Source: Terriglobia bacterium
GTDB lineage: Bacteria; Acidobacteriota; Terriglobia; Acidiferrales; UBA7541
NCBI GenBank assembly: GCA_963695545.1
Contig: OY968796.1
Coordinates: forward strand, 416,001-480,000
Direction: 5' to 3'
DNA: 64,000 nt
Under the pieces are notes generated by a model. That model saw only the letters and a list, made by a program, of their open reading frames with translations. It made no database searches and was not told the origin of the DNA. The position numbers were made by a program, and so were the translations under genes. Below are positions 30,446-40,891 of this stretch, one piece after another. The stretch's first letter is position 1, and every line of letters begins with the position of its first letter.

Positions 30446-30570
30446 GTAGCGCCTCCCGAATGCGTCGCCCGGCATTGTAGCGCAGAACCGCGGCGCGCGC
30501 GGAGTCGTCGTCGAGCGGTACAATTGAGCGGCAAAGCCTTGTATAGTTGAGGGAGTACAATTTTACGACT

Positions 30571-31617
30571 ATGGCGGCCAGCGTCAAAACCCGGCGACGT
30601 TTGCGTTCGCTGCGCACACGCGCACGCGAAATGCGCGGGGTCGTGTGGGGATTGCTCTCAACGCGCCATCCCCTGCTGGTGCACATCATCCCGATCCGCC
30701 GCTGCAATCTTGCCTGTACTTACTGCAACGAATTCGACGATTTTTCCGACCCGGTGCCGCTCGACGAAATGAAGCATCGCCTCGATCTGCTCGCAAACAT
30801 GGGCGCGGCCGTGGTCACCATCAGCGGCGGCGAACCGCTGCTGCACCCGCAGCTCGATGAAATCATCGCGCACATGCGCCGCCGCGGCATGCTCTCTGGC
30901 CTAATCACCAACGGCTATCTGCTCACAGCCGAGCGCATCGAGCGCCTGAATCGCGCGGGCCTCGAATATCTGCAGATCAGCGTGGACAACGTGCAGCCGG
31001 ACGAAGTCTCGAAGAAAAGCCTGAAGGTGCTCGATCAGAAATTGAAACTTCTGGCCGAAAACGCCGTGTTTCAGGTGAATATCAATTCCGTGCTCGGCAG
31101 CGGCGTGAAAAATCCCGAAGACGCTCTGACCGTGGCGCGCCGCGCGCAAGAATTCGGATTCACCAGCACCGTCGGCATCCTGCACGACGGCGCGGGCCAA
31201 TTGAAACCGCTGGGCACGCGCGAGCAGCAAATTTTTGAAGAAATCATGGCCATGGGCAAGCGCTCGTTCGCGCGCCTGAACGGTTTCCAGCACAACATCG
31301 CGCGCGGCAAGCCGAACGAGTGGCGCTGCCGCTCGGGTTCGCGCTACCTCTACATTTGCGAGGACGGCCTGGTCCACTGGTGCTCGCAGCAGCGCGGCTA
31401 TCCGGGAATTCCCCTCGCGCAATACACCGCCGCCGATCGCCGCCGCGAATATTTCACCGTGAAGCCGTGCGCCCCGCGCTGCACCGTCTCCTGCGTGCAG
31501 CAAATCGCCGTGGTCGATAACTGGCGCGGCGCCCAATCGCTCAAACCGCAGGCCGCGCCTCCTCCCCCGGCTCCTCTCGTGCAATTGACAGGCGTCGGCT
31601 CCCGCCCGCCCGAATAG
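30571..31617 (+). CDS. Radical SAM protein with C-terminal Cys-rich (twitch/SPASM-like) region
   Basis: [16 protein letters not shown]-terminal CRSG...WC...CAPRCTVSC. Confidence 0.88.
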   Translation: MAASVKTRRRLRSLRTRAREMRGVVWGLLSTRHPLLVHIIPIRRCNLACTYCNEFDDFSDPVPLDEMKHRLDLLANMGAAVVTISGGEPLLHPQLDEIIAHMRRRGMLSGLITNGYLLTAERIERLNRAGLEYLQISVDNVQPDEVSKKSLKVLDQKLKLLAENAVFQVNINSVLGSGVKNPEDALTVARRAQEFGFTSTVGILHDGAGQLKPLGTREQQIFEEIMAMGKRSFARLNGFQHNIARGKPNEWRCRSGSRYLYICEDGLVHWCSQQRGYPGIPLAQYTAADRRREYFTVKPCAPRCTVSCVQQIAVVDNWRGAQSLKPQAAPPPPAPLVQLTGVGSRPPE

Positions 31618-31853
31618 CCGCATTTCTTCGCTCTCTGTTCGCCTTTTGTTGCGGCTACGGAACACTGTACCTCGCCGTCGTTGACGCTTGGCCCCACAGG
31701 CGCTATCAATGAATCAGACGCGGCGACCCAGCTGCCCCGACCGGGCGTTGGATGTTTGCCCCGAGGCCTGCGAGGTTTCTCGCCAGTTACCCCGCCGGGC
31801 CGCCCAACGCCGTCTCTGTCAGACCGCCGAAGGCACTCTTCGCGTCACTAATT

Positions 31854-33947
31854 GTGTCCTCACTAACCAAAGCCGGCCGCTACGAGCTGCTTGAAGAGCT
31901 CGGTCGCGGAGCTATGGGCATCGTCTATCGCGCCAAGGATCCCGTCATCGGCCGCGACGTCGCGGTGAAAACGATCAAGCTCGTCGAGGCCGGAACCGGC
32001 CTGACGCGCGAAGAACTCTCCACGCGCTTCCAGACCGAAGCGCGCGCCGCCGGCCTTTTGACTCATCCGAACATCGTGGTGATCTACGACGCCGGCGAAG
32101 AAGACGGCCAGTATTACATCATCATGGAGCTCGTCGAAGGCAGCAGCCTGCAGTCGCTCCTCGATCAGGGCCAATCGTTCCCATTGCCGCGCGTGTTGCG
32201 GTTGATGGAGCAGGCCTGTTCCGCGCTCGAATTCGCGCATCAGCGCTGGGTGGTGCACCGCGATATCAAACCCGCGAACTTGATGCTCACGCAAGACGAT
32301 CAACTGAAGATCACGGACTTCGGCACCGCGAAAATCCTGCAGATGGGCGCGACACAGACGGCCACCGTCATCGGCACGCCTTCGTACATGTCGCCGGAAC
32401 AAATCAAGGGCCACCCGGTGGACGGCCGCTCGGACATTTTCGCGCTCGGCGTGATTCTCTACGAACTCGTCACCGGCCAGAAACCATTTCCCGGCGACAA
32501 CGTGACCACGGTGATTTATCGCATCGTGAACGAGGAGCCGATTCCGCCGCGCCAGCTCGACGCCTCGATTCACCCCGGTCTTGCCGCTGTGATCATGCGC
32601 GCTCTTGCGAAGGATCCGGCCGAGCGATTCCAGAGCTGCCGCGAGATGAGCCAGGCTCTGCAAAACTATCATCAGGTTGGCGGCGGCGAGCCGACCATGC
32701 GCCTGCCCTCGCAGGCGGGATTCCCTGCCGTTGCCGCGCCCGGCGCTTCGCTGCGCTCGCAACGCTCCACGCCTCCTCCGGCGAGCCACATGCCCGTGCC
32801 GGCGCGGATGTCGACCGGGCCGCTCACGCCACCGCTTGAGCGCAAACGAAAGCACTTCGGCCTGCTGGCTCTGGTCCTGCTGATTCTGATCGGCGTGGCG
32901 GGTTCGCGCGCTTGGCCGGTGATCCTCGATTTCTGGCAAACGGGAGTGGAACCGACGGTCGCTTCCCACGTCGGACCGATCAAGTGGCACGAGCAGTCTT
33001 CGCAGGCACCGCCAATAGCGCCGGCGACATCGGCGACAGATCCGACCTCGACCACGCCCGCGCCAATCGGTAAATCGACCGCGACCACGCGCGCCGCCGC
33101 TGACGCCACGTCCGCCACGAAAGGCTCCGCGCCCTCCGCATCGGCGCCCAACACATCCGCCACTGCTGGCGCTCCTCCGCAGCAGTCTGAGCCCGCTGAC
33201 TCCGAGCCGAAACCCACGGCGGAAGCCAGCGCGGTCGAGAAGCGCATCGAAGCCTACCTCGCGAGCGCGAACTTGACCGACGCCGTGCAAATTCACGCCG
33301 CAGGCGACACGCTAACGCTATCCGGAAAGCTGACCTCTGAAGAATACGGTGGCTTGATGGGCAACCTCAGCGATATTCCCGCGAACGTGCAAATTGTCGA
33401 TCACATCGGGTTTGCTTCGGATTCGCCGGCCACGCCATCTGCGGCGCCGCCGCATGCTTCGACGGTTGCTCCCGATTCGGGCGCGGCAGCGCCGGCCGCC
33501 TCTTCCCCGGCAGCCGCAGTTCCGCCGCTCACCGTCACGAGCCTGCCCACAGGCGCGAATATTTTCATAAACGGTCAGCGCCAGTTCACACAAACTCCCG
33601 CGAAAATCGATCTTCCCGCCGGCACCTATCACATCACGGTCGGAAAACCCGGATTCGATCCCTACACTTCGCAGGTGGAAATCCAGGCCGGCGAGCCCGC
33701 GCATGTTTACGCCGAGTTGTCTCCTGTGGCTGCTGGGCAGGGCTGGGTGGTGGCGCGCACGGTGCCCAAAGGCGCGTCGATCGCCGTGGATGGGGTGCTG
33801 ACGAATCAGCAGACGCCCGCCCGATTGGATCTTGCCCCAGGCCAGCACTTGCTCCTCTTCACGCTGGCTGGCTACACGGCGGAGGCCAGCATCGTGGTTC
33901 ATCCGGGTAAGGGTTCCCAGGTATTTCAGGTCCTGAATCGCCCGTAA
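31854..33947 (+). CDS. Hanks-type Ser/Thr kinase with TM segment, BON-like domain and two PEGA domains
   Basis: LGRGAMG, VAVK, HRDIKPAN, DFG, GTPSYMSPE; TM LLALVLLILIGVAG; VTSLPTGANIFING and RTVPKGASIAVDG. Confidence 0.93.
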   Translation: MSSLTKAGRYELLEELGRGAMGIVYRAKDPVIGRDVAVKTIKLVEAGTGLTREELSTRFQTEARAAGLLTHPNIVVIYDAGEEDGQYYIIMELVEGSSLQSLLDQGQSFPLPRVLRLMEQACSALEFAHQRWVVHRDIKPANLMLTQDDQLKITDFGTAKILQMGATQTATVIGTPSYMSPEQIKGHPVDGRSDIFALGVILYELVTGQKPFPGDNVTTVIYRIVNEEPIPPRQLDASIHPGLAAVIMRALAKDPAERFQSCREMSQALQNYHQVGGGEPTMRLPSQAGFPAVAAPGASLRSQRSTPPPASHMPVPARMSTGPLTPPLERKRKHFGLLALVLLILIGVAGSRAWPVILDFWQTGVEPTVASHVGPIKWHEQSSQAPPIAPATSATDPTSTTPAPIGKSTATTRAAADATSATKGSAPSASAPNTSATAGAPPQQSEPADSEPKPTAEASAVEKRIEAYLASANLTDAVQIHAAGDTLTLSGKLTSEEYGGLMGNLSDIPANVQIVDHIGFASDSPATPSAAPPHASTVAPDSGAAAPAASSPAAAVPPLTVTSLPTGANIFINGQRQFTQTPAKIDLPAGTYHITVGKPGFDPYTSQVEIQAGEPAHVYAELSPVAAGQGWVVARTVPKGASIAVDGVLTNQQTPARLDLAPGQHLLLFTLAGYTAEASIVVHPGKGSQVFQVLNRP

Positions 33948-34213
33948 GATTGCCTTACCCCGCAAACTCCGCCTCGGGAAGAACCCTCCCCTTAACGTAA
34001 CGATTCGTTCCAGGCCCCAGTGCGGGGATGGAACATTCATGATTGATCGCCACTAATCGCTTTGTTTTCTTGTAGATAAAACGACATCCGGGCGGCAGCG
34101 ATCGTGCACATATATGCCTAGGATCCGCCTCCGCAGGCGATGTTTAGGGTCCGAGCCCGGTTCGAGTCCGGGTGTGGGCTCTAACGGGAGCCCGCCAGAA
34201 CGCTGAGGGTACG

Positions 34214-36886
34214 ATGCATCTTGAAGGCGTGGACCCAGACGCGCCCGACGCGGACGCCGCCATGAACTCGAAAACGGCATCCGGTACAGCGCACCGATTG
34301 GCTATCGCCGCACCGCAAGTGGCGGCGACGCCTGTGGTCAGCGCGCACGAAGTTGCCCGGCGCGTTCTGGCGATTCCGCCGCGCGTGGGCCCGCGCGGTC
34401 CCGACGCCTTCGTCGGCGAATTCCTCGAAGCCTTCCGTATCCTGGTGCGATCGTCGCGCCTTTATCAACGAAATCATCCTCGCTGGGTGGAAAGCCTGAA
34501 CACGGCCGAGCATCGCCTGCGCGACGCCCTGGCGGCCACGCCGAGCGTGCAGATTCGCGTCGAACACGAAACGCTGACGGTGTCGCACGGTGACGCCACC
34601 ACGCCGCACGGTTTGCCGGTTGCCGATGCGCACGGCGAATTGAAGGCTTTGGCCGAAGAATTTGCGCGCTGCGGTCTCGCGTCGCTCGAATTCACGCAGA
34701 CCGTGCATCTCGGCGAACTCGATCTGCTCTCTCAGCAAATCGTCTGGGCCAATCGCAAGCGTCCGGTTTCCGCCGATCGCGCCGGCGAGATGTGGCAGCA
34801 GTGGGCTCGCGACGCGCATGTCACCGGCATCCGCATCAACGCCCCAGTGGGGCGCCGCGATGAAACAGTCTTGGCCACGCTGGTCGCCGCGCTTCTGGGT
34901 TATGCAGACGCAGGCGCGGACGCAGCGGCCGCAGAAGATCGCGCATCCGCGCCCGCCTCGCGCGAGCAGACCGTCGCCGCACTGGGCCTCGTGCAGCGTT
35001 TGGCCGCGCTCGGCACACAGCGCGCCGCATCCACCGAAGAAGCCGCGCGCAGCGCGCACGCGGTGCTCAGCGAATCCGATCGAGAAGTCGTAGCTCTTCT
35101 GGCGCGTTCGGTTTCCATCGCGCCATCCGACGCGCACGAATCCCTGCCAGCCTTCTTGAATCGCGCGGCCGATCACCTGATCCTGGAATTCGCGCGGCAC
35201 TCCCTTATCGAAGGACTGATCCAACCATCCGAAATCGCGACCGCGCTTGCGGACCTTTCCCGCGCGCGCGCCGAAAGCTCCGGCGCGTGGACGCCGCCCG
35301 GCAACGACGAAGCGCGCGTGGCGTCGCTGGTCGAGCGCTTCTGGGACGGTTTGCCAGCGCGCCACAAGCAGCGCATTCTGCGCAGCGCGGACGCTTGGTG
35401 CGTGCCCGCAGCCGTGCTCGGCCGGCATCTCGAGCCGCTCCTCGTCGCCGCGCATCGCGGCCGCAGCGACGAACCGGCGCGCGGAGCACGCTCCCTGCTT
35501 CTGGCCTACGCCGCGTGCCTCGATTCCGAAGAGCCGCGCGCGCGCCGCGCCGTGGCCGCGGGCCTCGCCGAACTCGAATCGCAAATCACGCGCCTCTCGC
35601 CGCTGGCCGCCACCGAAGATTTGGCGCCTCGCGTGGTGCGGGCGCTCGCGCGAGAGCAATCGCCGGGCATCTCCGGCCTGCTCGCCGTGCTCACCGAACG
35701 CCTGGCGAAGCGCGCGCTCGAAGGGCGGCACTACGCTGAATTCGATAGCATTCTTGCCGCGCTTGACGCCGCGCCTCACGGTCCCGAGCAAACTCACTTT
35801 TCCGCTCTGCTGCGCAGCCTCACCATGAGCGACGCTTGGTACTACATGGTTGAAGACGCGCTGGCCAATCGCGCGCTCGACACCGTGCTGCCGCGCTTGT
35901 TGCGCCGCGAGCCCGCGCGCCTGCTCGATCGCCTCACGCTGCTGCTGACGGCGCCGGAGGGAGCCGCTCTCGTGCCCGCGATGGTGCGTCTGGTGCGCGC
36001 TACCGGCGAGCCGGTGCTGGCCACGCTCGCCACGCGGCTGGGCGAGCCGCACAGGCAGCCGGCTCTGGCGGCCATCAAACTTTTGGCTTCGGCCGATCCG
36101 TTGCGTTTGATCGGCGCGTTGCCGCGCGCTCTGCCCCGATGGGATTGGAACTTGCAGGATCTCGCGGTCTCCGAACTTTCGCGGCTCCGCGACGCGGCGC
36201 TCGCCACGCGCATCGCGCGCGCATTTTCTGAATGCGTCGAAGAAGCGCATCACTTGGTCGTGCCGGCCATGCTCGATCAGATCGGCATCGCAAACGACGC
36301 GTCGGCGATCCCGCTGCTGCTTAAAATCGCCGGCGGTTCCCATGCCACGCTGAGTGACATTTTCTTCCGCATCAAGGCCGTCGAAGCGCTTGGGCGCATG
36401 CAAGCCGGCGAAGCTGTCGATTTATTGCGCACGCTCGCGCGCGCGCGCGCCGGCCTCACCTACGTCGAGCCCGCGGGTTTGCGTTCGGCCGCGGATGAAG
36501 CGCTCGCGCTGCTTGAGAATCATCCCGCCGCGGAACGCATCCGCGCGCGCACCGAAGCGCTCGAGAAATCGGCGCGATCGTTTGCTCATCCGCGGCGCTA
36601 CCAGCGCGTTCCGCTCACCTCGACGTTTTCGGCGCGCCTCGCGGGCACGCATTCCGGCTCAGCGCGCGTGCGCACCATCGGCATGGGCGGAGCGTATGTT
36701 GAATCGGCGCAGCGTATGTCCGTGGGCGATTCGTTGAAAGTCGAGATTCGCACCGGCTTGCGATCCATCCAATCAACTGCCGTTGTCCGCAACGTTTCTC
36801 CGGGCGGGAGCGGCATCGAATTTGTGCACATGAAGGCTGAGGATCGCGAGCTGCTGCGGCGCGTGATCGGCCGCCTGACTCGCTGA
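34214..36886 (+). CDS. Large alpha-helical (HEAT-like) protein with C-terminal PilZ domain
   Basis: Ala/Leu/Arg-rich helices, RIKAVEALGRM and LRSAADEALALL HEAT-like motifs; RRYQRVPL...IGMGGAYV...GIEF. Confidence 0.75.
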   Translation: MHLEGVDPDAPDADAAMNSKTASGTAHRLAIAAPQVAATPVVSAHEVARRVLAIPPRVGPRGPDAFVGEFLEAFRILVRSSRLYQRNHPRWVESLNTAEHRLRDALAATPSVQIRVEHETLTVSHGDATTPHGLPVADAHGELKALAEEFARCGLASLEFTQTVHLGELDLLSQQIVWANRKRPVSADRAGEMWQQWARDAHVTGIRINAPVGRRDETVLATLVAALLGYADAGADAAAAEDRASAPASREQTVAALGLVQRLAALGTQRAASTEEAARSAHAVLSESDREVVALLARSVSIAPSDAHESLPAFLNRAADHLILEFARHSLIEGLIQPSEIATALADLSRARAESSGAWTPPGNDEARVASLVERFWDGLPARHKQRILRSADAWCVPAAVLGRHLEPLLVAAHRGRSDEPARGARSLLLAYAACLDSEEPRARRAVAAGLAELESQITRLSPLAATEDLAPRVVRALAREQSPGISGLLAVLTERLAKRALEGRHYAEFDSILAALDAAPHGPEQTHFSALLRSLTMSDAWYYMVEDALANRALDTVLPRLLRREPARLLDRLTLLLTAPEGAALVPAMVRLVRATGEPVLATLATRLGEPHRQPALAAIKLLASADPLRLIGALPRALPRWDWNLQDLAVSELSRLRDAALATRIARAFSECVEEAHHLVVPAMLDQIGIANDASAIPLLLKIAGGSHATLSDIFFRIKAVEALGRMQAGEAVDLLRTLARARAGLTYVEPAGLRSAADEALALLENHPAAERIRARTEALEKSARSFAHPRRYQRVPLTSTFSARLAGTHSGSARVRTIGMGGAYVESAQRMSVGDSLKVEIRTGLRSIQSTAVVRNVSPGGSGIEFVHMKAEDRELLRRVIGRLTR

Positions 36887-36946
36887 TCGTCCGCGTTTCA
36901 TCTCAGATCTAAAATCCGTTTCTTCAAATCCCACGGACGCGCTAAA

Positions 36947-38041
36947 GTGAGCGCGATGAGCCCCATCGTCATTCTTATAGTGTTGGGCGCCGCCGTCCTT
37001 GCCGCCATCGCGGCAAGCGCATGGACGCGCCGCCGGCAGCAGAACGAATGGAGCGCGCTGCGCCAGGAGATGCAGGGCCTGGTCGCGAGCCAATCGCAAG
37101 CCGTCGCGGCGCAGCTCGGACAATTTTCGCAGTCCGTCGTCCAGCAGTTGGGACAAGTTTCGCAGCAAGTGCAAAACGGCCTGGCTTCAACCGGTTCGCT
37201 CGTGTCCGACGCGCAGCGCGCGGTATCCGAGCGCTTGGAATCTTCCACTTCCGTGATGCGCGAATTGCAGCGCCAGTTGGGCGAAGTGCAGCAATCCGGG
37301 CGCGATCTTTCCGCAGCGGCACACATGATGGAATCCGTGCTGGGCGGCGCGAAATCGCGCGGAACGCTCGGCGAAGTCACACTGGGCCGGCTCCTGACGG
37401 ACACGCTGCCGCAAGGCGCCTTCACCGAACAGCACCGCTTCTCGACAGGAGAAGTGGTCGACGCCGTCGTGCGCTTCCGCGACAAACTTTTGCCCATCGA
37501 TTCAAAATTCCCGCTCGAGGATTACCGCCGCCTCGTTGAACTCGGCGAAGAAGCGCGCAAAGGATTTGCACAAGCGGTGCGCACCCACGCCGATTCCATC
37601 GCGCGGAAATACATCATGCCCGGCGAGGACACGCTCGAAATCGCGCTGATGTTCGTGCCGTCGGAAGGAATTTATTACGAGCTGCTGCGCTCCGCCGATC
37701 CGAAAGGCGTTCCTCTCGACGAATATTGCCGCAAAAAAGGCGTGCTCGCCGTTTCGCCCAGCACGCTCTACGCGCATCTGAGCGTGGTTTTGATGGGCCT
37801 GCGCGGCATGCAGATCGAAGAAAACGCGCGGCGCCTTCTTTCCAGCATGGCCGGACTCAAAAAGCACTGGGATAATTTCGCGGAAGTTTACGAAAAGATG
37901 GGAACGCACTTGCGCAACGCTCAGCAGAGTTACGCCGACGCCGATCGCCGCCTGGAGCGCGCCCGCGCCGAGCTTGACCAAATGCAGCAAGGATCGCTGC
38001 CCACCGCCGCGGCTCCGGCGCTTGAGCCCGCTGAAAAATAA
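36947..38041 (+). CDS. rmuC: DNA recombination protein RmuC
   Basis: TM plus coiled coil; RGTLGE, PIDSKFP, MFVPSEGIY, SPSTL. Confidence 0.92.
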   Translation: MSAMSPIVILIVLGAAVLAAIAASAWTRRRQQNEWSALRQEMQGLVASQSQAVAAQLGQFSQSVVQQLGQVSQQVQNGLASTGSLVSDAQRAVSERLESSTSVMRELQRQLGEVQQSGRDLSAAAHMMESVLGGAKSRGTLGEVTLGRLLTDTLPQGAFTEQHRFSTGEVVDAVVRFRDKLLPIDSKFPLEDYRRLVELGEEARKGFAQAVRTHADSIARKYIMPGEDTLEIALMFVPSEGIYYELLRSADPKGVPLDEYCRKKGVLAVSPSTLYAHLSVVLMGLRGMQIEENARRLLSSMAGLKKHWDNFAEVYEKMGTHLRNAQQSYADADRRLERARAELDQMQQGSLPTAAAPALEPAEK

Positions 38042-38073
38042 TTTCCGCGCGAAGCAATCCGGCAATTCTAAAA

Positions 38074-39006
38074 TTAGCTCTGCGGCTTCCGCCGCGCCAA
38101 ACGCGCGCGCACGTAAAATTTCCCCTGCGCGAGCGGCACGATCGCAATCTGCGCCTCGTTCTGCTCTCCACCGCTGGTTCGCAATCGCACGATGTTCGGG
38201 TCGGACAGCGCCGCCGCGCCTTGCGATCCCGCGGACGATGGCGCCAGCATCTTGATCACTGCCGGACTCCAGTTCCCGAGATCGACGTCGAGCGGCTGCG
38301 TCGTTCCGCGAACGCGAACAGTCAACGTGGCTTGCGCTCCGATGCGCAAAGGTCCGGCGGGATTGACGGCGTCAAGCGCGACAACAGTCACCGGCACGGG
38401 CTGCGGCGGTGAACCATTTCCTTCGACACGAAGTTCGGTCGGTCCGAGTGGCGTGTCCGGCGCCGGCAGCAATACCAGAGAGGCCGGCGACGCGGCTAGC
38501 ACTAACGCCGGCTTTTCGCCCAGCCACACATGATTATTGTCGGCGTCTCCCTCGAATCGCAGTCCCGAAATCGGGAATTGATCGCGCACGTCGATGATCG
38601 GCGGAAAATCGGTGATTTGAATTTGCGGCGGCGTCGCGCGGGCCACAATCGGCGCGGTGGCCACGATCGAGCCATTCGCGATTCGTGCTTGAAATTCTCC
38701 CGGCGTCGCCGGAACCACGCAGCGCGCACGACCCGTCGAGTCGGTCTTCGCGATATGACCGTCGCTCAGCGTGACCTCAGCGCCAGGCACGAGGCGCCCC
38801 GTAGCATCAAGTACGGCAAACGTGGCCGGCGCCCCGGCCACCAGAATCGGCGGCAAAACGACGCTGCGTGGCGGCCCTGCGGCGCGGACGGCCGGAATAT
38901 TCGCGAAACATGCCCCGATAAGTATCGCCGCAGGCGCGATTCGCGCCGCCGCCGTCGCTGCGCGGCGCCCCGCGGCGCGCGCCATCCGTAGTGGCCAAAC
39001 CCTCAT
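38074..39006 (-). CDS. Hypothetical exported protein with Ig-like beta segments
   Basis: Signal-peptide-like N-terminus, VLDATGRLVPGAEVTL, typical codon usage; start uncertain. Confidence 0.65.
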   Translation of the reverse strand: MRVWPLRMARAAGRRAATAAARIAPAAILIGACFANIPAVRAAGPPRSVVLPPILVAGAPATFAVLDATGRLVPGAEVTLSDGHIAKTDSTGRARCVVPATPGEFQARIANGSIVATAPIVARATPPQIQITDFPPIIDVRDQFPISGLRFEGDADNNHVWLGEKPALVLAASPASLVLLPAPDTPLGPTELRVEGNGSPPQPVPVTVVALDAVNPAGPLRIGAQATLTVRVRGTTQPLDVDLGNWSPAVIKMLAPSSAGSQGAAALSDPNIVRLRTSGGEQNEAQIAIVPLAQGKFYVRARLARRKPQS

Positions 39007-39223
39007 TGCGCGCGATTGTACCGCAGTGGCTCGGCGGGGGCGGCCCTGTTGTAGCCAAGCACACAAATATCATCTTTACGTAACTACTTGTTCCCACGCG
39101 CCTTGTGCAGGGGCACGCACTTTGTTAGCCTGCATGAACGATCGCAATCGGGGCGGTGCAGCGCCCGGCAGTACGGCGCGGTGCACGGAGTTCCTCGCAT
39201 GCGCGGCACGCGGAAGGTGGCCC

Positions 39224-40036
39224 TTGCAAATTGAATCCGGCGCGCGCAGCGACGTCGGCAAGGTTCGCAAGAACAACGAGGACAATTTTCGCGCCGAGCC
39301 CGCGCTTGAACTTTTCGTCCTGTCGGACGGAATGGGAGGCCAGGCGTCCGGCGAAATCGCCAGCGCCCTCGCGGTTGAAACGGTCGTGGACTATTGCCGC
39401 GCGGCCGCCAGCGACGGCGCATCGGAATTCCATGGCGACCCGACACCCGGTCTCTCGGACCGAACCAATCGTTTGGCGAGCGCCATTCGCCTGGCCAACG
39501 ACAAGATTTTTGAATCGGGCGCCGGCGATCCCGCGAGGAAAGGCATGGGCGCAACCATCGTGGCTTGCTGGATCAGCGATCGCCGCCTGTCTCTCGCGCA
39601 CGTCGGTGATAGCCGCGTTTACCTCCTGCGCAGCGGATCGTTCGAGCAACTTACGGCCGATCATTCACTCGTCGCGGACTTGGTGCGCAGCGGAGTTCTG
39701 ACGCCTCAACAGGCCGAAGTCAGCGAGCAACAAAGCATTCTGACGCGCGCGCTCGGAACGCAACCTGAGGTGGACGTGGACGCGGACGAGCAGATGCTTC
39801 TGGCCGGAGATGTTCTGCTCTTATGCTCGGACGGACTTTCGCGCACGGTCACCAATCCGGAGATCGCGAGCGCGCTTGAGACGAATCCCGATCCGCAGAA
39901 GGCCGCCGATCGGCTGATCGAATTGGCAAATGAAAATGGCGGCGAGGACAACATCACGGCCATCGTGGTGCGCGTGACGCCGGAACCGAAAGGTTTCATG
40001 GCGCGCTGGCATCAGTGGTGGAATGGCAAGAAGTAG
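39224..40036 (+). CDS. PP2C-family Ser/Thr phosphatase (Stp1/PrpC-like)
   Basis: SDVGKVRKNNED, SDGMGG, HVGDSRVY, LCSDGL, GGEDNIT; TTG start inferred. Confidence 0.95.
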   Translation: MQIESGARSDVGKVRKNNEDNFRAEPALELFVLSDGMGGQASGEIASALAVETVVDYCRAAASDGASEFHGDPTPGLSDRTNRLASAIRLANDKIFESGAGDPARKGMGATIVACWISDRRLSLAHVGDSRVYLLRSGSFEQLTADHSLVADLVRSGVLTPQQAEVSEQQSILTRALGTQPEVDVDADEQMLLAGDVLLLCSDGLSRTVTNPEIASALETNPDPQKAADRLIELANENGGEDNITAIVVRVTPEPKGFMARWHQWWNGKK

Positions 40037-40043
40037 GCAGGCC

Positions 40044-40119
40044 TGCACGGAGAGAGTGCTGCGCAGCCACTTTGTGCGGAGCGCGGTGCTTCACCGATCT
40101 GCGCGGAGCGCAGTGCTTA
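40044..40119 (+). repeat. Three tandem copies of a ~20-bp intergenic motif (tgcgcggagcgcagtgctt)
   Basis: Copies at 40044, 40073 and 40100; the last two are 27 bp apart. Confidence 0.7.
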
Positions 40120-40132
40120 AAAGGAGCATGAA

Positions 40133-40858
40133 ATGGCGCGGCTCGTTCTAAAATTTGAGGGCGCGGTGCTGAAAGAAGTTCCGCTCGGCAGCCGCCCCGT
40201 GACCATCGGCCGCGCGCCCGATAGCGACATTCAAGTCGACAATCTGGCGGTCTCCACTTGCCACGCGCGTGTGTACGCCGAGGCCGGTCGCCTTGTCGTG
40301 GAAGACCTGAACAGCCTGAATGGCACGTTCGTCAACGGCCTGCGCGTCGAGCGCGCCATGCTCAATGACGGCGACGCCATCGAAATCGGCAAGCACCACA
40401 TCATTGTGGACCACGAGCACGATGCCGCCGTGCCGCTCGATTCGCGCCGCAAGATCACCGCGCCCAAAGTTGTCGAAACCATGGTGCTCGATACCAAGGT
40501 CCGCCGCGATATGTTCGAGCAAGCCGCCGCGCTCGGTGAGCGCTCGCAGATTTCTCCGAGCCGCGTGCGCGTGCCCACGCTCATCGTTCTCAGCGGCCGC
40601 ACCGACCGCAAGGAATATCAATTGATTGACCGCCTCACGGTGATCGGTAAATCCGAAATGGCCAGCGTCAAGCTGCGCGGATGGTTCGCGCCCAAAGTCG
40701 CCGCTCAGGTCCACATGCAAGACGACGGCTATTACCTCGGCCTGGGCGATCGCGTGCCGCGAATCAATGGCGAGGCGATCGTCGGCCCGACACGCTTGAA
40801 CGACGGCGACATCATCGCCGTCGGCCGCGTGCGCTTAAGCTTCCTCTATCGCGACTGA
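40133..40858 (+). CDS. Protein with two FHA domains
   Basis: FHA1 TIGR...VSTCHA...SLNGTFVN; FHA2 degenerate VIGK...RLNDGDII. Confidence 0.9.
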   Translation: MARLVLKFEGAVLKEVPLGSRPVTIGRAPDSDIQVDNLAVSTCHARVYAEAGRLVVEDLNSLNGTFVNGLRVERAMLNDGDAIEIGKHHIIVDHEHDAAVPLDSRRKITAPKVVETMVLDTKVRRDMFEQAAALGERSQISPSRVRVPTLIVLSGRTDRKEYQLIDRLTVIGKSEMASVKLRGWFAPKVAAQVHMQDDGYYLGLGDRVPRINGEAIVGPTRLNDGDIIAVGRVRLSFLYRD

Positions 40859-40891
40859 GGGCCGCGCCCGCGGCGGCGCGCTTCGACGAAC

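Noticed and set aside
30474..30562. TTGTA...TACAA inverted repeats as a BirA operator
   Set aside because: Lacks the TGTAAAC-N14-16-GTTTACA form; explained by divergent TACAAT -10 elements
33955..34040. Possible c-di-GMP-I riboswitch upstream of the PilZ gene (GCAAAC motif, hairpins)
   Set aside because: No GNRA-capped P2 followed by GACGCAAA; pattern does not fit
40044..40119. Short repeat clusters (also 47835-47964) as CRISPR arrays
   Set aside because: Only 2-4 degenerate copies, spacers under 12 nt, no cas genes
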